Notes: a model not told the origin generated them from the letters alone. DNA of 64,000 bases from Epiperipatus broadwayi (GCA_028023455.1 JAQFVV010000003.1:26412001-26476000); one strand, 5' to 3'; numbered from the stretch's first letter, positions 36,300 through 49,089 are shown. Program-made: numbers and translations.

Positions 36300-38800
36300 T
36301 TTTGATCATAAAAGTTTAAATGCTACACATTTTTGAAACAAGTAATAAAAGGTCTCTCTTTTTAATCCTATAAAAAATATGTAAGGGATCTAAACTCATA
36401 TTTAACTTAGCATTTAAATAAACCTTTGTTGGTAGGAAGCTATTTAATAATTTGAAACTGAATTTTATGTAAGATTGTGGAGCATATATTTTGTGAAGAA
36501 TCTTCAAAACCTTAATCATTGATATTTCTGTCCAAAAATAAAATAGAAAATTATATAACATTACAATACTAGCCAAAAAACAAAAATTTTTACTAAATTT
36601 TTTTTACAACTATGGTTTCATCTATTATCAAATAGATCTTTTCAACTGAAATTCAACAAAATATATACAATATATATATACAAACACAAAACAAAATAGC
36701 TTTCCCATCATTCACTTCAAAAACCAACTTCCTTTTTTATCAAAGGAAGTCTTCACTTCCTTTGATGTTAAAGGAATATGGTTTTGAAGTGAATGATGGG
36801 AAGATTATTTTATTTTGTATACGTATATATATACATGCTATATGTATTTTGTTGAATTTCACGTGAAAAGGTCTATTTGATTATTAATTGATGAAATCAT
36901 GTTTCTAGAAAAATTTTAATATTTTTTTTTGTCTAGTATTATAATGTTATATGATTTTCTATTTTATTTATAATTATTAGTATATAGTGCTAAGGAAGTA
37001 TTTAATATTTTTTTTTGACCAAAAGTATTGAACACTGCTTATTAGTTTTTTTAAATCATTATGTTTAATATTATCCAATCTACTTAAGTTTAAATCATCT
37101 TGCAAACCTTTATACTTTATAAATAAATCACCATGAAATGATGTATCATATTCAATTTTATTAATTAAATTAACATCTGGTGATAGTGGATTAAAATAGT
37201 TGTCGTATGTTGTATTAAAATATATTTGCCCTTTTATATATGATATAGACAATCTTGGATTAATATGATTGAAGCCTTCTTGATCAATTAATAATTGGTA
37301 ACAAGTGTGAAGAATTTCTCCAAATATATTGCTTTGCTATCTGGCTTGATTTATTTAATGTTATATTGAAAAGACTCATCCTCGGTGCATAATAACCTAG
37401 GATTCCCATAACAATGGCATTAAAAATTCTTGTCCTAGTAATTTCATAAAACTTTACCAATGAGAAAGATTTACTTTTTTTTCTTGTTAATTTTATCAAT
37501 TATCATCTTGTTCACTTTTTTCTTCAAACCTGTTTTTGACATATAAAGTGGAATTCTTAAAATCACTGATGGAGTTGCCTGGTATTCAGATGGTTTCTTT
37601 CTACCTATAGCCAATTGCCAAGCATTAGATTGTGGTGGTTGTATACAGGATCCTACTTTTCATTGAAAACTATTCAAGATATTCATAATAATTTGAATAT
37701 TATGGGCATTCTGATAAATTATTATTTCATCATCAATAAGAACTATTGCCACAATCTTTACACCTAAATGTAGGAAGATAAAGACCTGAAAGTTGATTTT
37801 AAATTTTTTGATCATCTGATATATGTAAACTGCAGAAAGCAGTGCCTGTTCTTCTTCCTTTTATAATATGATGTATACCTGATGTTTATTTATCAACTTA
37901 TGTAATCTTTTTAACAGTATTCTATATAATATTTTGGAATCAATATCTTAAATTGAGATGAAAGTCTTCTGTGGTTGGAGTCTGTTTAGATCTTCATTTT
38001 ATTGCACTAAATATTCTTTTGTTAATGTGCAGCCAGTCAATTTTTTCATAACACATCTGATTATAAACCTTACATATTTCTGATATCAAGACATAATCTA
38101 AAAGTTTATATATAAATGTGGGGATCACATCATTTGCAAGAGATATTTTCATCTTTATTATTCTTTTCCTGTATTTTTTCTTTGGTTAGCTTACTTGTAA
38201 TAATGCATTCATATGTTTTAATTTCACTTTTAGTCTTCCCAAACTTTTAACATCTTTAAAATATATTAATTAATAAATAAACCTGATACATTTAGCATTA
38301 TAGGATATTTTTTGTATGAGGCATATAAATTTTGTATAGAACCATTAGTTTTGATAGAAATTGTATATTAGAGATTAGTTGTTGTTGTTGTTTTTCTTTT
38401 TATGTTCTCCTGCTGAATTTGGTGATATAATTTATCATATTCCTCTTGTAAATTATTAATTAGTCTGAAATTTGGCTTAAAAGATGATAATAATTGGTGG
38501 GTCTTCTTTATATTCAAAATTCTCTATTTCATTTGATTTTGTGACATAATGCCTGTCCTTCTTTCTGCATAATTTATTTAGTTCCATCTTTATTTTATAC
38601 CATGATATATAAGGTGATAGATTTGAACTTTTTGTATAATAATTTATTATAATTAAAGAATTGATCTATTTTTAATAAAATGCCATCTGTTACATTTTTC
38701 CTTACTCCAGATATATAAAATATACTTGTATTTAAAATATTACATAATAATTGTCTATTATTTTTCTCATAGCTGTCAGTTATTACTTGTATACCGAGAT
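36300..38800 (-). mobile_element. Highly decayed L1/Tx1-like non-LTR retrotransposon
   Basis: Minus-strand remnants in L1 order: ISLANDV..YK (RPISL-like, about 38130), GRRQ-like/LSAVY (about 37840), ...IDD (about 37730), RIFNAIVMGILGYY (ORF 37284-37499), and the zf-RVT-like FSFKLLNSFLPTKVYL (ORF 36316-36576). Confidence 0.7.
36635..36873. mobile_element. 239-bp fold-back MITE with TA TSD, nested in the L1 relic
   Basis: ta|GATCTTTTCA...TGAAAAGGTC|ta. The arms pair almost to the centre (ttcccatcattcacttcaaaaacca / tggttttgaagtgaatgatgggaa; atcaaaggaagt / acttcctttgat). Confidence 0.85.
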
Positions 38801-39520
38801 GGTTATTCAATCCGATCAGTGAAGTATTTATTTTAGCATTATTTAAAATAGTTTATGCCCTGAAATAAAAAAGAAATCAATGAATGATGACAATCTATAT
38901 TTAAAAATGAGTATTCAACGGCTGGATATTTATTTTGCAGTGAAGAAATGAAACAGCTCTTTCATCTTCATATGTACATTTAAGATCATCACTCAATATA
39001 ACCATGATTGGGTATTGAAGCAATTTGTTTTGAACATTAAGAAGAACATTAACAATAAATGGAATAAACTGTGTATAAATTAAAACATAATATATATTAT
39101 GATAGATAATTATAATGTTAGTTATATGTAAAAAGATATTCATCTCAAACTGTTCTCTAGCTATCATGATGCAATCAACTTTTTAAGAATAATAACTTCA
39201 CTTCCAAGATCATATATGGAAAGCCAGGTATTTAAGGCAAATTGATTTAAATCTTCAAGTATTTAAATTTATAGAACAGGGTTATATATACACACTAATA
39301 TATTGTTCCACTGATCAGTTAGATGTTATAAATTAATGATTTTTAACAGATGTAATACGCTAATGTATATATAATATTCAGTTATAAGTATATTATCTAT
39401 ACTAAACTTAATGTAATTAGAAGGACTTTAACTCAGACTTTCAAGCTCTTTATAGCTATGGACTCAATTTTATACAACTGATACACATGACCCCATACAT
39501 ATGAGAAAGATAAATGATTT

Positions 39521-39562
39521 CCAATATAAGTATTTCATGCTGAACCAGCACTCATCAATTGG
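39521..39562 (-). ncRNA. Minimal type I hammerhead ribozyme motif (best-preserved copy)
   Basis: Reverse complement reads CCAA-TTGATGA-G-TGCTG-GTT-CAGCA-T-GAAA-TA-CT-TA-TA-TTGG. Stem I is CCAA/TTGG, stem II is TGCTG/CAGCA, stem III is short, and the cleavage triplet is AUA. C3 and C11.1 are mutated to T. Confidence 0.75.
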
Positions 39563-39802
39563 TCCAGATCACTATGTCCAACATATATATATATATATAT
39601 ATACTTAAGGTCACCATGGTTATGACAATATTGACAACAATAAGGACTTTGAGTGTTTCATCATCAGATCTTCAATGATATGGAAGGCTGAAGAGTTGGA
39701 GCGTTGAGAAGGTTAAGACTTGTCCATTCAGATTTGAAGATTTACTATCTTAATATAAACTGAGCAGTGATTGTATATATGTGTTGGAGATGGTGATCTG
39801 AA

Positions 39803-39836
39803 TCAACTGTGGTTCAGCACAAAATATGAATATTGG
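39803..39836 (+). ncRNA. Deleted/decayed copy of the same hammerhead motif
   Basis: tcaa-ctg[deletion]tggttcagca-c-aaaa-tatgaata-ttgg. Confidence 0.5.
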
Positions 39837-42800
39837 AGATCATTTATCTTTTTTACATGTATGTGGTCATGTGTATCAGTTGTATAAAATTGAGTGCATG
39901 GCTGTAAAGATCTTGAAAATCAGTAATCAGTTTAATACTTGTATAGAATTAAATTATTCTACAACACTTTATTAACATCTTTCATTTTAAATCTAATAAT
40001 TTTTTAAGTTATTTTCCCACTAGCATTTTCATTAGCATTTACAATTCACCGATTTTGAGTTTGTTTTTCCACACACTAAAATTTTGTTGTCAACTTTTTT
40101 AAAACTTTGCTAATTTCCATATTATTTTACTATGTTAACATGCATGTTGCATAATTCTCTATTATTTTGCATTATATTATTTCTTTAGTGACAATAATTT
40201 TGTCTTGTATTGATCAGTTCTGAACACCTTCCCATCTTTATTTAACACATTAAATGGTCAGTACATAGCAATATTTCTCTGTCACTCTGTTCACAAGAAA
40301 TAATCTTATAACTTCTTTGGTATAAGTTTTTCTTTGACTGCTCAATTGTTTCTTTTTGTTCTGGCTATAAATCACCATTTAGCTTTGTATGTACATCTTG
40401 AACGGAAGAATTATCTTTTATATATATCAGTATTAATGATTTTACTCTTTTCCTAAATAATTTTTAATTCAAATAGTAGCCTAATTATATTATCAATTAT
40501 AACTTCTATTGGCTTAGTTGCATGTTCTTTTATATGATTAATGTGCCATCTTATTACTCTATTATCCTCTAAATTTTATTTCTCTTGTATAGGTAGTCAG
40601 TATTTTGCTTATTTCCCCAGGTATCCCTTTTTTGCTTAAAGTATCTTTAATACAGATGGTCTGTCCTAAGATAAATTTGATGTTCTCACAATTTACTTCC
40701 TTTTTTTTTAACTTTTTCTGGAATTAATACAGTTATGTGCAATTTTATGCTGCACTTCATAAATAATTCTGTCAGGTTTCCTTTATAATTGAACTTGATA
40801 TGAAGTGCTAGTAAAATATTATTAGCACTTAATGGATATCAGCATACTCCATTCTATGTAGCATGTATTTAAGATGTTAGACAACATTTTTTGGTATTCC
40901 ATTTGACTGAGGGTAGTATGGCAGTGTTATTATATGTTATATTCCCTTTGGAGCAAGGAAGTCCCTTCAGTTGCACCCAGCTGAATCCTTTGCCATTGTC
41001 AGTTACTATAGTCTCGGGATACTCATGCATAGCAAATAGTTCATTTAAAACTTTCATCACATTTTGAATAGGTTTCTTATTTCAAATACGCTTCTATGGC
41101 TACCAGAAACATGTGCCCATGGAATAGCCAAGCTTGTTTTCTTGTGGCATGTAACCAATGGAACTCTTTAATTGGTAGCCCACTGTCTATTGGCAGGTTT
41201 GATATTTTCTTACAGTTTGCTCTATTATCTGGCCACCAAACATATGAATGAGCTAGTTATTTCATGTATGTGATCCCAGGATGTTCTTGGTATATCAGCT
41301 ATAATACACATTTCTTCCATCTGTTGAATCAATACTCAGTCTATCATTAAAATACACTTATGACACATGGACAAACTTTTTTTAGCATTCCAGATTGTTG
41401 GTATTATATAGCTAAGTCATTTCTTGGCCTTCTATGTTTAATTCAGTTTATTACAAGTTTATAACTGGTGTCATTTTTTGTCCATTCCACTATAAGTTGT
41501 TCAGTCTCTTTAAAGTTGTCATATAGATCTAGATGGAAATTTATTCCAAATATTGACTTTCGGTTTTGCTCCCTTGATATGTTTTATGGTTATTCCAAAT
41601 ATCAGACTAATATTTTTTGTTATCATATATAGTGACAAATTTTTATTGTGACTATTTACTTTTTTTGACACTAATACCATTCCTTTGTTATTAATCCCAT
41701 TTTCATCTATCATCACTAAAAATTTTCTTAATTTGAATGTTATTATTGGTTCTCTAGCTAATAGCTGTCCAATCTTTATGCACCATGAGTGATACACTTG
41801 CCCCACTATTTATTTCCATTTTTATTATTTGACCACAGATTTTAATTTCCAATATTTTGGGCAGATTTTTGCTTTCCTTTGTTATCTTCACATTCACAAC
41901 ATTCTTCACTACTCCTCCCTCCAATTTACTATTTATCAGTAAATTTTCTTTTGACATTTGTTATTGCAAACTTTTGACAAATGGCCTATCAAACCACAGT
42001 CAAAACACTTGTATGTTTTAAATTTGAACATTTTTTTTAATGTTTCACAGCAATAACAGATACTGGGTCTCTATGACAACCTTTGTTGCATTTATCCATT
42101 TAATTGAACTCTCTTCCTCGGTGACATTTTTAAATGTTTGCATGTGATCTAAGATGGTTTCATGAACTATTCCATGTTCAATGGTGACATATTTTAGCAT
42201 ACATTCACTTAGAAGCATTTATCTAAGCTTCACATCTCTCACACCCCATAACAACTATTCCAATAGCATCTCTTCATTATATCTAAACTTGCATTCATTT
42301 GCTAAATTTCACAATGTTAAATCATACCCATGTATGTTTTCATTTTACGATTGCATTTTACTATGAAAATATGACATGATTTGTATTTTGACGTTGTTGG
42401 TTTGAAATAGGTATTTAATTTTCTCAGCAACTTCTCATACGGGATTTTTTCAATACATTGGATTACACAAATGGTTTTCTAATTGCAAGATATCTTGTCC
42501 TAACATCCATAGTAGAGTGGCAATTTTCAGCTTGTCATTAATAATGCTATTTATTATCATGTACTTTTCCATGATTCATGCATATCTGCCATTGGCCTAG
42601 ATTGCTGACTTCACCAAAGCATAATTGCACTATTCTGCATTTCTATATATATGTTACTAACTAATGTGTGCATCTTCTGATAACTACATCACTGATATCC
42701 ACAGATGTAAAAACTGTTAACTGTGGCAATTGATATGTATGGGCCAGTCTTTAATCTAGAAAGCATACTCTCATTAGTTGTTTTTAGAAAACAACACAAA

Positions 42801-43341
42801 AATTATAAATGCTTAATGAGTGTATTACTCATAATATATTGTATATGAATTAGTAACGAGTGGCTTGCTAGTTGAGAATAATATAATTTAAATTTCACAT
42901 CAGCAGTTTTACATAGAGTTGTAATCTAGTACAGCATTTTATTAACATGTTTCATATTAAATTCAATAACTTTCTAAGTTATTTTTCCACTAGTATTTTC
43001 ATTAACATTTAACTGAAGTTTTGTTGACAACTTTTTTATAACTTAGCTAATTTGCATAGTATTTTACTATAGATTTTATGCAAATTAAAATATCTAGATT
43101 AATATTTTGCATAATGTTCTATTATTTTGCATCACATTATTTCTAGAGCAACAGCAATTTTGGCCTGTAACACCCACATATATATCTATTTAACACATAA
43201 ATCAGTCAGTAGATAGCAATTATTCTTATTTATCAATCTTGCATTTTGCAAACAATTTTCACTTATCAGATTTTTTCATTACATTATTTTTGTAAAGTAG
43301 ACACGATTACATTTCTTTCAAAACTCATCTTTTATAAGGTG

Positions 43342-43342
<1 letters not shown>

Positions 43343-43422
<80 letters not shown>

Positions 43423-43436
43423 AATAATAATAATAA
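43343..43436. repeat. (ATT)n microsatellite flipping into (AAT)n
   Basis: About 26 ATT units followed by about 5 AAT units. It sits near the outer edge of the Gypsy 5' LTR. Confidence 0.95.
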
Positions 43437-44507
43437 GATGATTTCTTAATCTTTCAATTAAAGAAGTTGCATTTCATTAAAGGAATAGTCTACATTATTC
43501 AAATGAGTAAATAAATTAAAATTTTGATACTTTAATTTTAGTAGTTAATAAATAACATTTTTTTAATAATACCCCCCCCCCCCATTTCTGTTAAATCGTT
43601 ACTGTGTTGACAGTATAGACTGAGAGGCAACTTTTAAGTTACGTTTCTGGGTTGTTAATTGAATAAAGTAGAAAAAAGGGAAATCTAATGAATGGAACTG
43701 CCCTGTTCAAATCATTTTTGGATATTTGATCTGAACAACTAGTTTTCTACTAATAAAAGTGGTAATTTCAAGATGCTATGAATATGAAAACAAATATATT
43801 TGCGTATCATATATGTATAAGTAATTGGCAGGTTAGTTAAGAATAGCTAGATAACCTATTTACTGCACACTATTAGATGACTAATTGAGTTACCTATGGA
43901 ATGACTCGTCTGGGGGAAAAAATCGTTCATAGCCAAACTAGCTAACTAACCATTTGTAATTAATCAATGGGTAAATCAATCAAATGAATTTTAGTGCATT
44001 GTCTTGAGAAATAAATTATAATGTGTGACCATTATTAATGATAGAGATATCATACATCTATGAGTGATGATCCCACGATTTTTTAATCTTTACAAGAGAT
44101 GAAGTTTGTTGACTCCAAAAAGAAAAGTATTCTACAATAGATATTAGGATTAAACAAACAAAAAGCATTTGGTCATTTAAACTTAAATTTCATTGCTTTT
44201 TTCCTAACTCTTAAATAGTAATTTTGTCACTTTTTTCAAATTCATCATAAAGTAAGTATAATGCTCAGTGCAAACTGTCATGGCCATGATGTGAGGTTCT
44301 AGTTTAAATGAAAGAACTTGAAGGTTTTTAAGGCAAATTTTATTATTTTTAAGCAAGGTCATGATTTTTTTTTTTAGAAAGTTATAGAAAAAATCTAGCT
44401 AGCCAGTCTATAGTGACTATTTCATTCTGTAAATGAGTATTAAATGAATACACCAAACTTCTTTTAAAAACTTGTTTTTTGTATGATTATAATAAAATAA
44501 AAATACA

Positions 44508-44550
44508 CCCAACTTTTCAACTATTCTAAAATATAGTCTTTTTCAAGGAA
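44508..44550 (-). ncRNA. Variant (U3-A8) hammerhead-like motif in PLE 3' UTR, left arm
   Basis: Reverse complement reads TTCC-TTGAAAA-A-GACTAT-ATTTTAGA-ATAGTT-GAAA-AGTTGGG. Confidence 0.5.
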
Positions 44551-45696
44551 CACTAAAAAATAAAATAAAAATACAAATATATAATAATATATATCACATA
44601 TTCCAAACTAATGCAAAAACATTAAAAAATACTACAAAATTATCTTTACCTCAATACCTTTTCTATTACAAACAATCTTAACTTAATCTTCTTTTTTTTT
44701 AACATTTATATGCCCATTCAAAAATACTCTAAAAACATTTAATTAACAAACCTATTTTTTTCTTTGCTTTTCTATTAACATTCTGTTTAATTCAGGTTTA
44801 ATTTCACTAATGTTAATTCCTTCTTTTATTATTCTTTCATGGTATGACTTTATTCATTGTAAAAGTTTATTTCAAAATTTTTATGTTTAAATATATTTAT
44901 ATGATTATAAATAGCAGAATTTTTATCAAATGCTGTTTTAATCTAGTTTTAGTCCCAACATATGACATCTCTATATTCTTTTTAATACAATTCAAACTTT
45001 TTATTATGTAAACTGAATTCATAATTTCCTATTATTGTTAGTTAAAAAACATAAAACTTTTTTCTTTTTATAAACTGGATAAATGAAAACATTATATTTC
45101 TTATTAATCATTTTAAAATTTTTCTAACTTTAACAAACAAATCTTTGGATATATTGAAACCAATATAAATTTTATTTTTATTCTTCTTATTTAATATTAT
45201 TCTATTCTTTATGTTATCAATATTTTTATTAGAAAATAAAAGTTTAATAATATTTCTAAGATAATCATTTATAAAGCACTCATGTTTTATCATATTAATC
45301 TCATTTTTAAACAAATTATTATTTGAACATGTTCAAATAATAATTTGTTTAAAAATATTGTTAAAATAAAGAATAGAATAAGATTAAATAAGAATAAGAA
45401 TAAAAAGGTAATTTATATTGGTTTCAATATATCCCAAGATTTGTTTGTTAATGTTAGAAAATTATTTAAAATGATTAATAAGAAATATGATGTTTTCATT
45501 TATCCAGTTTATAAAAAGAAAAAGTTTTTTAATTAATAATAATAGGGAATGTAATAATTTAGAGATTATGAATTCAGTTTACATAATAAAAAGTTTGAAT
45601 TGTATTAAAAAGAATGTAGAGATTTCATATGTTGGGACTACAAAAAATAAATTAGAAACTAGATTAAAACAGCATTTAAGTGGTAAAAATTCTGCT

Positions 45697-45905
45697 GCCA
45701 TTAAAATATGAAGATTTGCTATCTTAATATAAATTGAGCACTGATTATATATATATATGTAGGAGATGATAATCTAGACCAACTAATAAGTGCTGGTTTA
45801 GTACGAAATGTATATTGATGATTATTTATTTTTTCTATATGAGTGTGCTCATGTGTATCAGTAATATGAGATAGTGTGGATATTTGAAGGATGCTTGAAA
45901 GTCCC
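45697..45905 (+). mobile_element. Hammerhead-bearing pLTR fragment inserted into the GIY-YIG ORF of the right arm
   Basis: Absent from the left arm, which reads aaattctgct|atttataatc. It is homologous to 39720-39920 (tgaagattt.ctatcttaatataaa.tgagca.tgatt...catgtgtatcagt...cttgaaagtc). Confidence 0.8.
45779..45817 (+). ncRNA. Decayed canonical hammerhead motif
   Basis: CCAA-CTAATAA-G-TGCTG-GTT-TAGTA-C-GAAA-TGTATA-TTG. It retains C3 and C11.1 but has G5A and G8A. Confidence 0.6.
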
Positions 45906-46253
45906 CTATATTTATAATCATGTGAATAAATTTAAACATACAGATTTTGAAATAAAACCTTTAGAATGTATAAAGACATACAATGAAAGAATAATAAAGG
46001 AAGGAATTGACATTAGTGAAATTAAATCTCAATTAAACAGAGTGTTAATAGGTTTGTTAATTAAATGTTTTTAAGGTATTTTTGGATGGGTATATAAATG
46101 TAAAAAAAAAAAGTTTGATTAAGTTGAGATTGTTTGTGATAGAAAAGGCATTGAGATAAAGAGAATTTTTTAGTATTTTTTAAGGTTTTTGTATTTGTTT
46201 GGAATATGTGATATTATTATTAAATATTTGTATTTTTATTTTATTTTTTAGTG

Positions 46254-46296
46254 TTCCTTGAAAAAGACTATATTTTAAAATAGTAGAAACCTTGGG
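46254..46296 (+). ncRNA. Variant (U3-A8) hammerhead-like motif in PLE 3' UTR, right arm
   Basis: TTCC-TTGAAAA-A-GACTAT-ATTTTAAA-ATAGTA-GAAAC-CTTGGG. Confidence 0.5.
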
Positions 46297-46363
46297 TGTA
46301 TTTTTATTTTTATTATAGTCATATAAAAAAGTTTTTTAAATAAGTTTGGCATATTCATTTACA

Positions 46364-46480
46364 TATATGGAAAATTATGAACTATTTTGAAAAGAAGAAA
46401 TATGTAGATGATATTTTAAATTCATTAATATATAGTTACTATTAATTATTGAAGGGTAAAGATGTCAACGTTATCTAGAT
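46364..46480 (+). mobile_element. Short PLE reverse-transcriptase fragment abutting the palindrome
   Basis: YMENYE...KKYVDDIL across a frameshift resembles the PLE NIFMExFE...RYVDDI motif. Confidence 0.45.
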
Positions 46481-48017
46481 TGCTCAGATGCTGTTATTGC
46501 ATTGGTCTTTAAAAAATAATCATATAATGCAATCTTCTGAGAAATATGTCAGAAAATTTCCAATTACTTTGTTCATTGTTTTCCATTTGTGTGTGTAAAA
46601 TTTTCAAGATATCTGTTATACATGTTTATTTAATTACGTCAGTCAGTTTTCAATAAATGCACAAAATATTAATTATTTTTATTAGATATAGATTTTAAAT
46701 TTAATGATGTTCAAATATATCAATAATTTTTTTATTTAAATTCATGAAAATCATTTTTTTTTAATTTTTCATGCATCATTACTAAAGCATAATCCTTCAG
46801 CATGCATATTTAAAATGTAAGACTAAGCCATTAATTTAAAATGCAATATATATACAAATGACACTGATTTTTAAGTATTAAACTTTCTGCACTTTTGATC
46901 TTTAAATAATTATATTAATGATTATTACTAATCATAACCCAGATATAAACTTTAAATCTCACTTAAAGATTACTACATCTGTTTTTTAATTAAATACCTG
47001 GGCCAACTGAAAATCACTGATTCGGCATAAAATGTATCTTTGGGATCATTTGTCATATCAATATAATTTTATTTATTATTTCAAGAATATGTGGTGAAGT
47101 AGAAATTTTAAATATATCTAAAATATATATATATTATATTGAGTGCATAATAAGTAAATGATAAAAATGCAATTAAATAGCTCACTTCAAGATAAAGATT
47201 TTTAGAACATTGTCTGTACATAATTAAAGTGAAGTTTGCTGATCAATAATATGATTTCCAACTAGGAAACTATGAGCCAGCCATCTGAAAAAATTTCTAT
47301 AGATGTGGTTAATCTGTTTCATAATAGTAATTTTTTTTTAAAAAAAAAAAACCCCTGCATTTCAACTTGATTTTCATCATTTTCAGGTAATTTAATTAGA
47401 AATTTGAATATTCCATAATATAGCAAATTACTTAAACAGTAATTTATTATTTACCACCACCACCCTTCTTTTTTTAGACTTACCTCATGTATTTATATAT
47501 AAGAATGTTATTGAAATAGCTAAAATCATTTATTTATTAATGATAAAAACTAAATAAATATAATCAATTAATTTGAGATATAATATCTTTATAACACTTA
47601 CATAAATTAAAATAGATTTATTATGCTTAAGATCAGTTTATAATGCAATACTTTAGGCCAATTATATCGTTTTTCATAGTTTTATATAATTCATGGAGTT
47701 AAAACTTGATAACCTCAGAAAAGAATTTTAAGGTTACAAACATCAAACAATGCTGTAAGCAATAGTATTAAAGTGACAGAGACTGAAGAATTTTAATAAA
47801 TACACAATGAATTAATTAATATAAATAATTTATATTCTCAAGTTAACAATATAAGGCAAAAACATTTACTTTCCTTAAGGTTTAGTCTGTAATTATTGCT
47901 GCTGAATTTATTCTATACTAATTAAAAAGTAAAGATCTCTGGAAAACTTAAATCCAAGTATTGATAAATAATGTAATCTCAATACATTATTTGCTATTGC
48001 TTAAAATTAAAATTTGT

Positions 48018-48412
48018 GGTACTTAGGTATTAGTCCTGCAATGTAAGGTAGATAGTACACCTTTTCACATCCACAATAATTATAAATTAACATATGTTTT
48101 TGCAAATATTATATTATAGTATAATTTCCCATGTATGCCAGCACTTTGCAATGGCAAAACCATCTCTCCCTCTCCACAAATTATGGCACTTTGCACCGGC
48201 ATTGCAGATGTGAAAAGGCATACCATATCCCCTATGTTGCTGGACTAATTGGTGGGGAGGGGGAAGATGGCTTTGCCAGTGCTTTACACTGGCATACATG
48301 GGGAATAATACTATATTTGTGATAACATATGTTAATTTATAATTTGTAATTATTGTAAGTGTGAAAAGGCATACCATCTCCCCTACATTGCAGCACTAAT
48401 ACCCTAAGTACC
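48018..48412. mobile_element. 395-bp fold-back MITE with 8-bp TSD and GG termini (Merlin-like)
   Basis: aaatttgt|GGTACTTAGG...CCTAAGTACC|aaatttgc (TSD 7/8). Inverted arms are about 150-170 bp. Confidence 0.8.
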
Positions 48413-49089
48413 AAATTTGCATTCCACAATTGATCCTGCTAAAATTATTTTTCAACCTTCTGCTAAGCAATACCACATCTCTATATTTAAGCTCAGTTTT
48501 AATGCTCCATATATATTTTTGCAATAATTCAGAAAATGTTTTCATTTCAGTCAACCTCAAACTATTGCTATGTCAATATGTTAAAAGATTTTAATCTATT
48601 TAATGTATCTTTTAGTTTTTATATTTTCAGAACAAGGTAGACAGTTTGTTGAAATTTTTTGATAATAAAAAATATATTTACTGTCTTTAAAAAATCTGTA
48701 TTGTTTTTAATACATAAATGCAATTAAATTTATTCTTAGAAGCATGTTAAAACATATTTGGGTTATTTTATGAGCGGAAAATGTCACTTAGAAGCATTAT
48801 ATATTATTTAGTTAATAAAAGATAGAAATGAGCAAGGAAACAGTAAAGTAAGTCTATCAACAATATGTATTGTAATGTTTTATTTTGTTTACTAATGGTT
48901 TAACTATTTTGGAAGTTAGCTAAATCAAGGATTGTCTGTCTTTATATATTTTTTGTAAAGTAATTAATCCCCTCTCCCTTTTTAAACTAAAAAAAAAAAA
49001 AGTTTTGATAAAAAGAATATCTGGGTAATATAAGAATACTTATGCATGAAGTAGTTACAAAGTCTCATGCTTTTTATGTATAATGTATT

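Larger units (their letters stand above)
39421..39922. mobile_element. Inverted (tails-out) pair of hammerhead-bearing Penelope-like pLTR fragments inserted in the Gypsy 3' LTR
   Basis: 39430-39600 is the reverse complement of about 39760-39920. It is flanked by gtaattag (39413-39420) and gtaatcag (39923-39930). Confidence 0.75.
39330..43230 (-). mobile_element. Gypsy (Mag-like) element retaining both LTRs, internally deleted
   Basis: Direct repeats at about 39950-40290 and 42900-43230 are the LTRs. Gag LKIATLLWMLGQDILQLENHLCNP...YEKLLRKLNTYFKP at about 42400-42550. Protease KMEINSGASVSL in ORF 41754-41957. Integrase YPETIVTDNGKGF in ORF 40869-41060. Confidence 0.85.
44441..46361. mobile_element. 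1.9-kb palindrome of two head-to-head 5'-truncated Penelope-like elements (GIY-YIG + 3' UTR)
   Basis: The right arm encodes SVYIIKSLNCIKKNVEISYVGTTKNKLETRLKQH (GIY-YIG) and ERIIKEGIDISEIKSQLNR. The left arm is its reverse complement out to taaatgaat / attcattta. There is a perfect 54-bp loop-less centre at 45303-45356. Confidence 0.9.

Noticed and set aside
43246-43449. 67-aa poly-Ile ORF
   Set aside because: It is a translation of the (ATT)n microsatellite.
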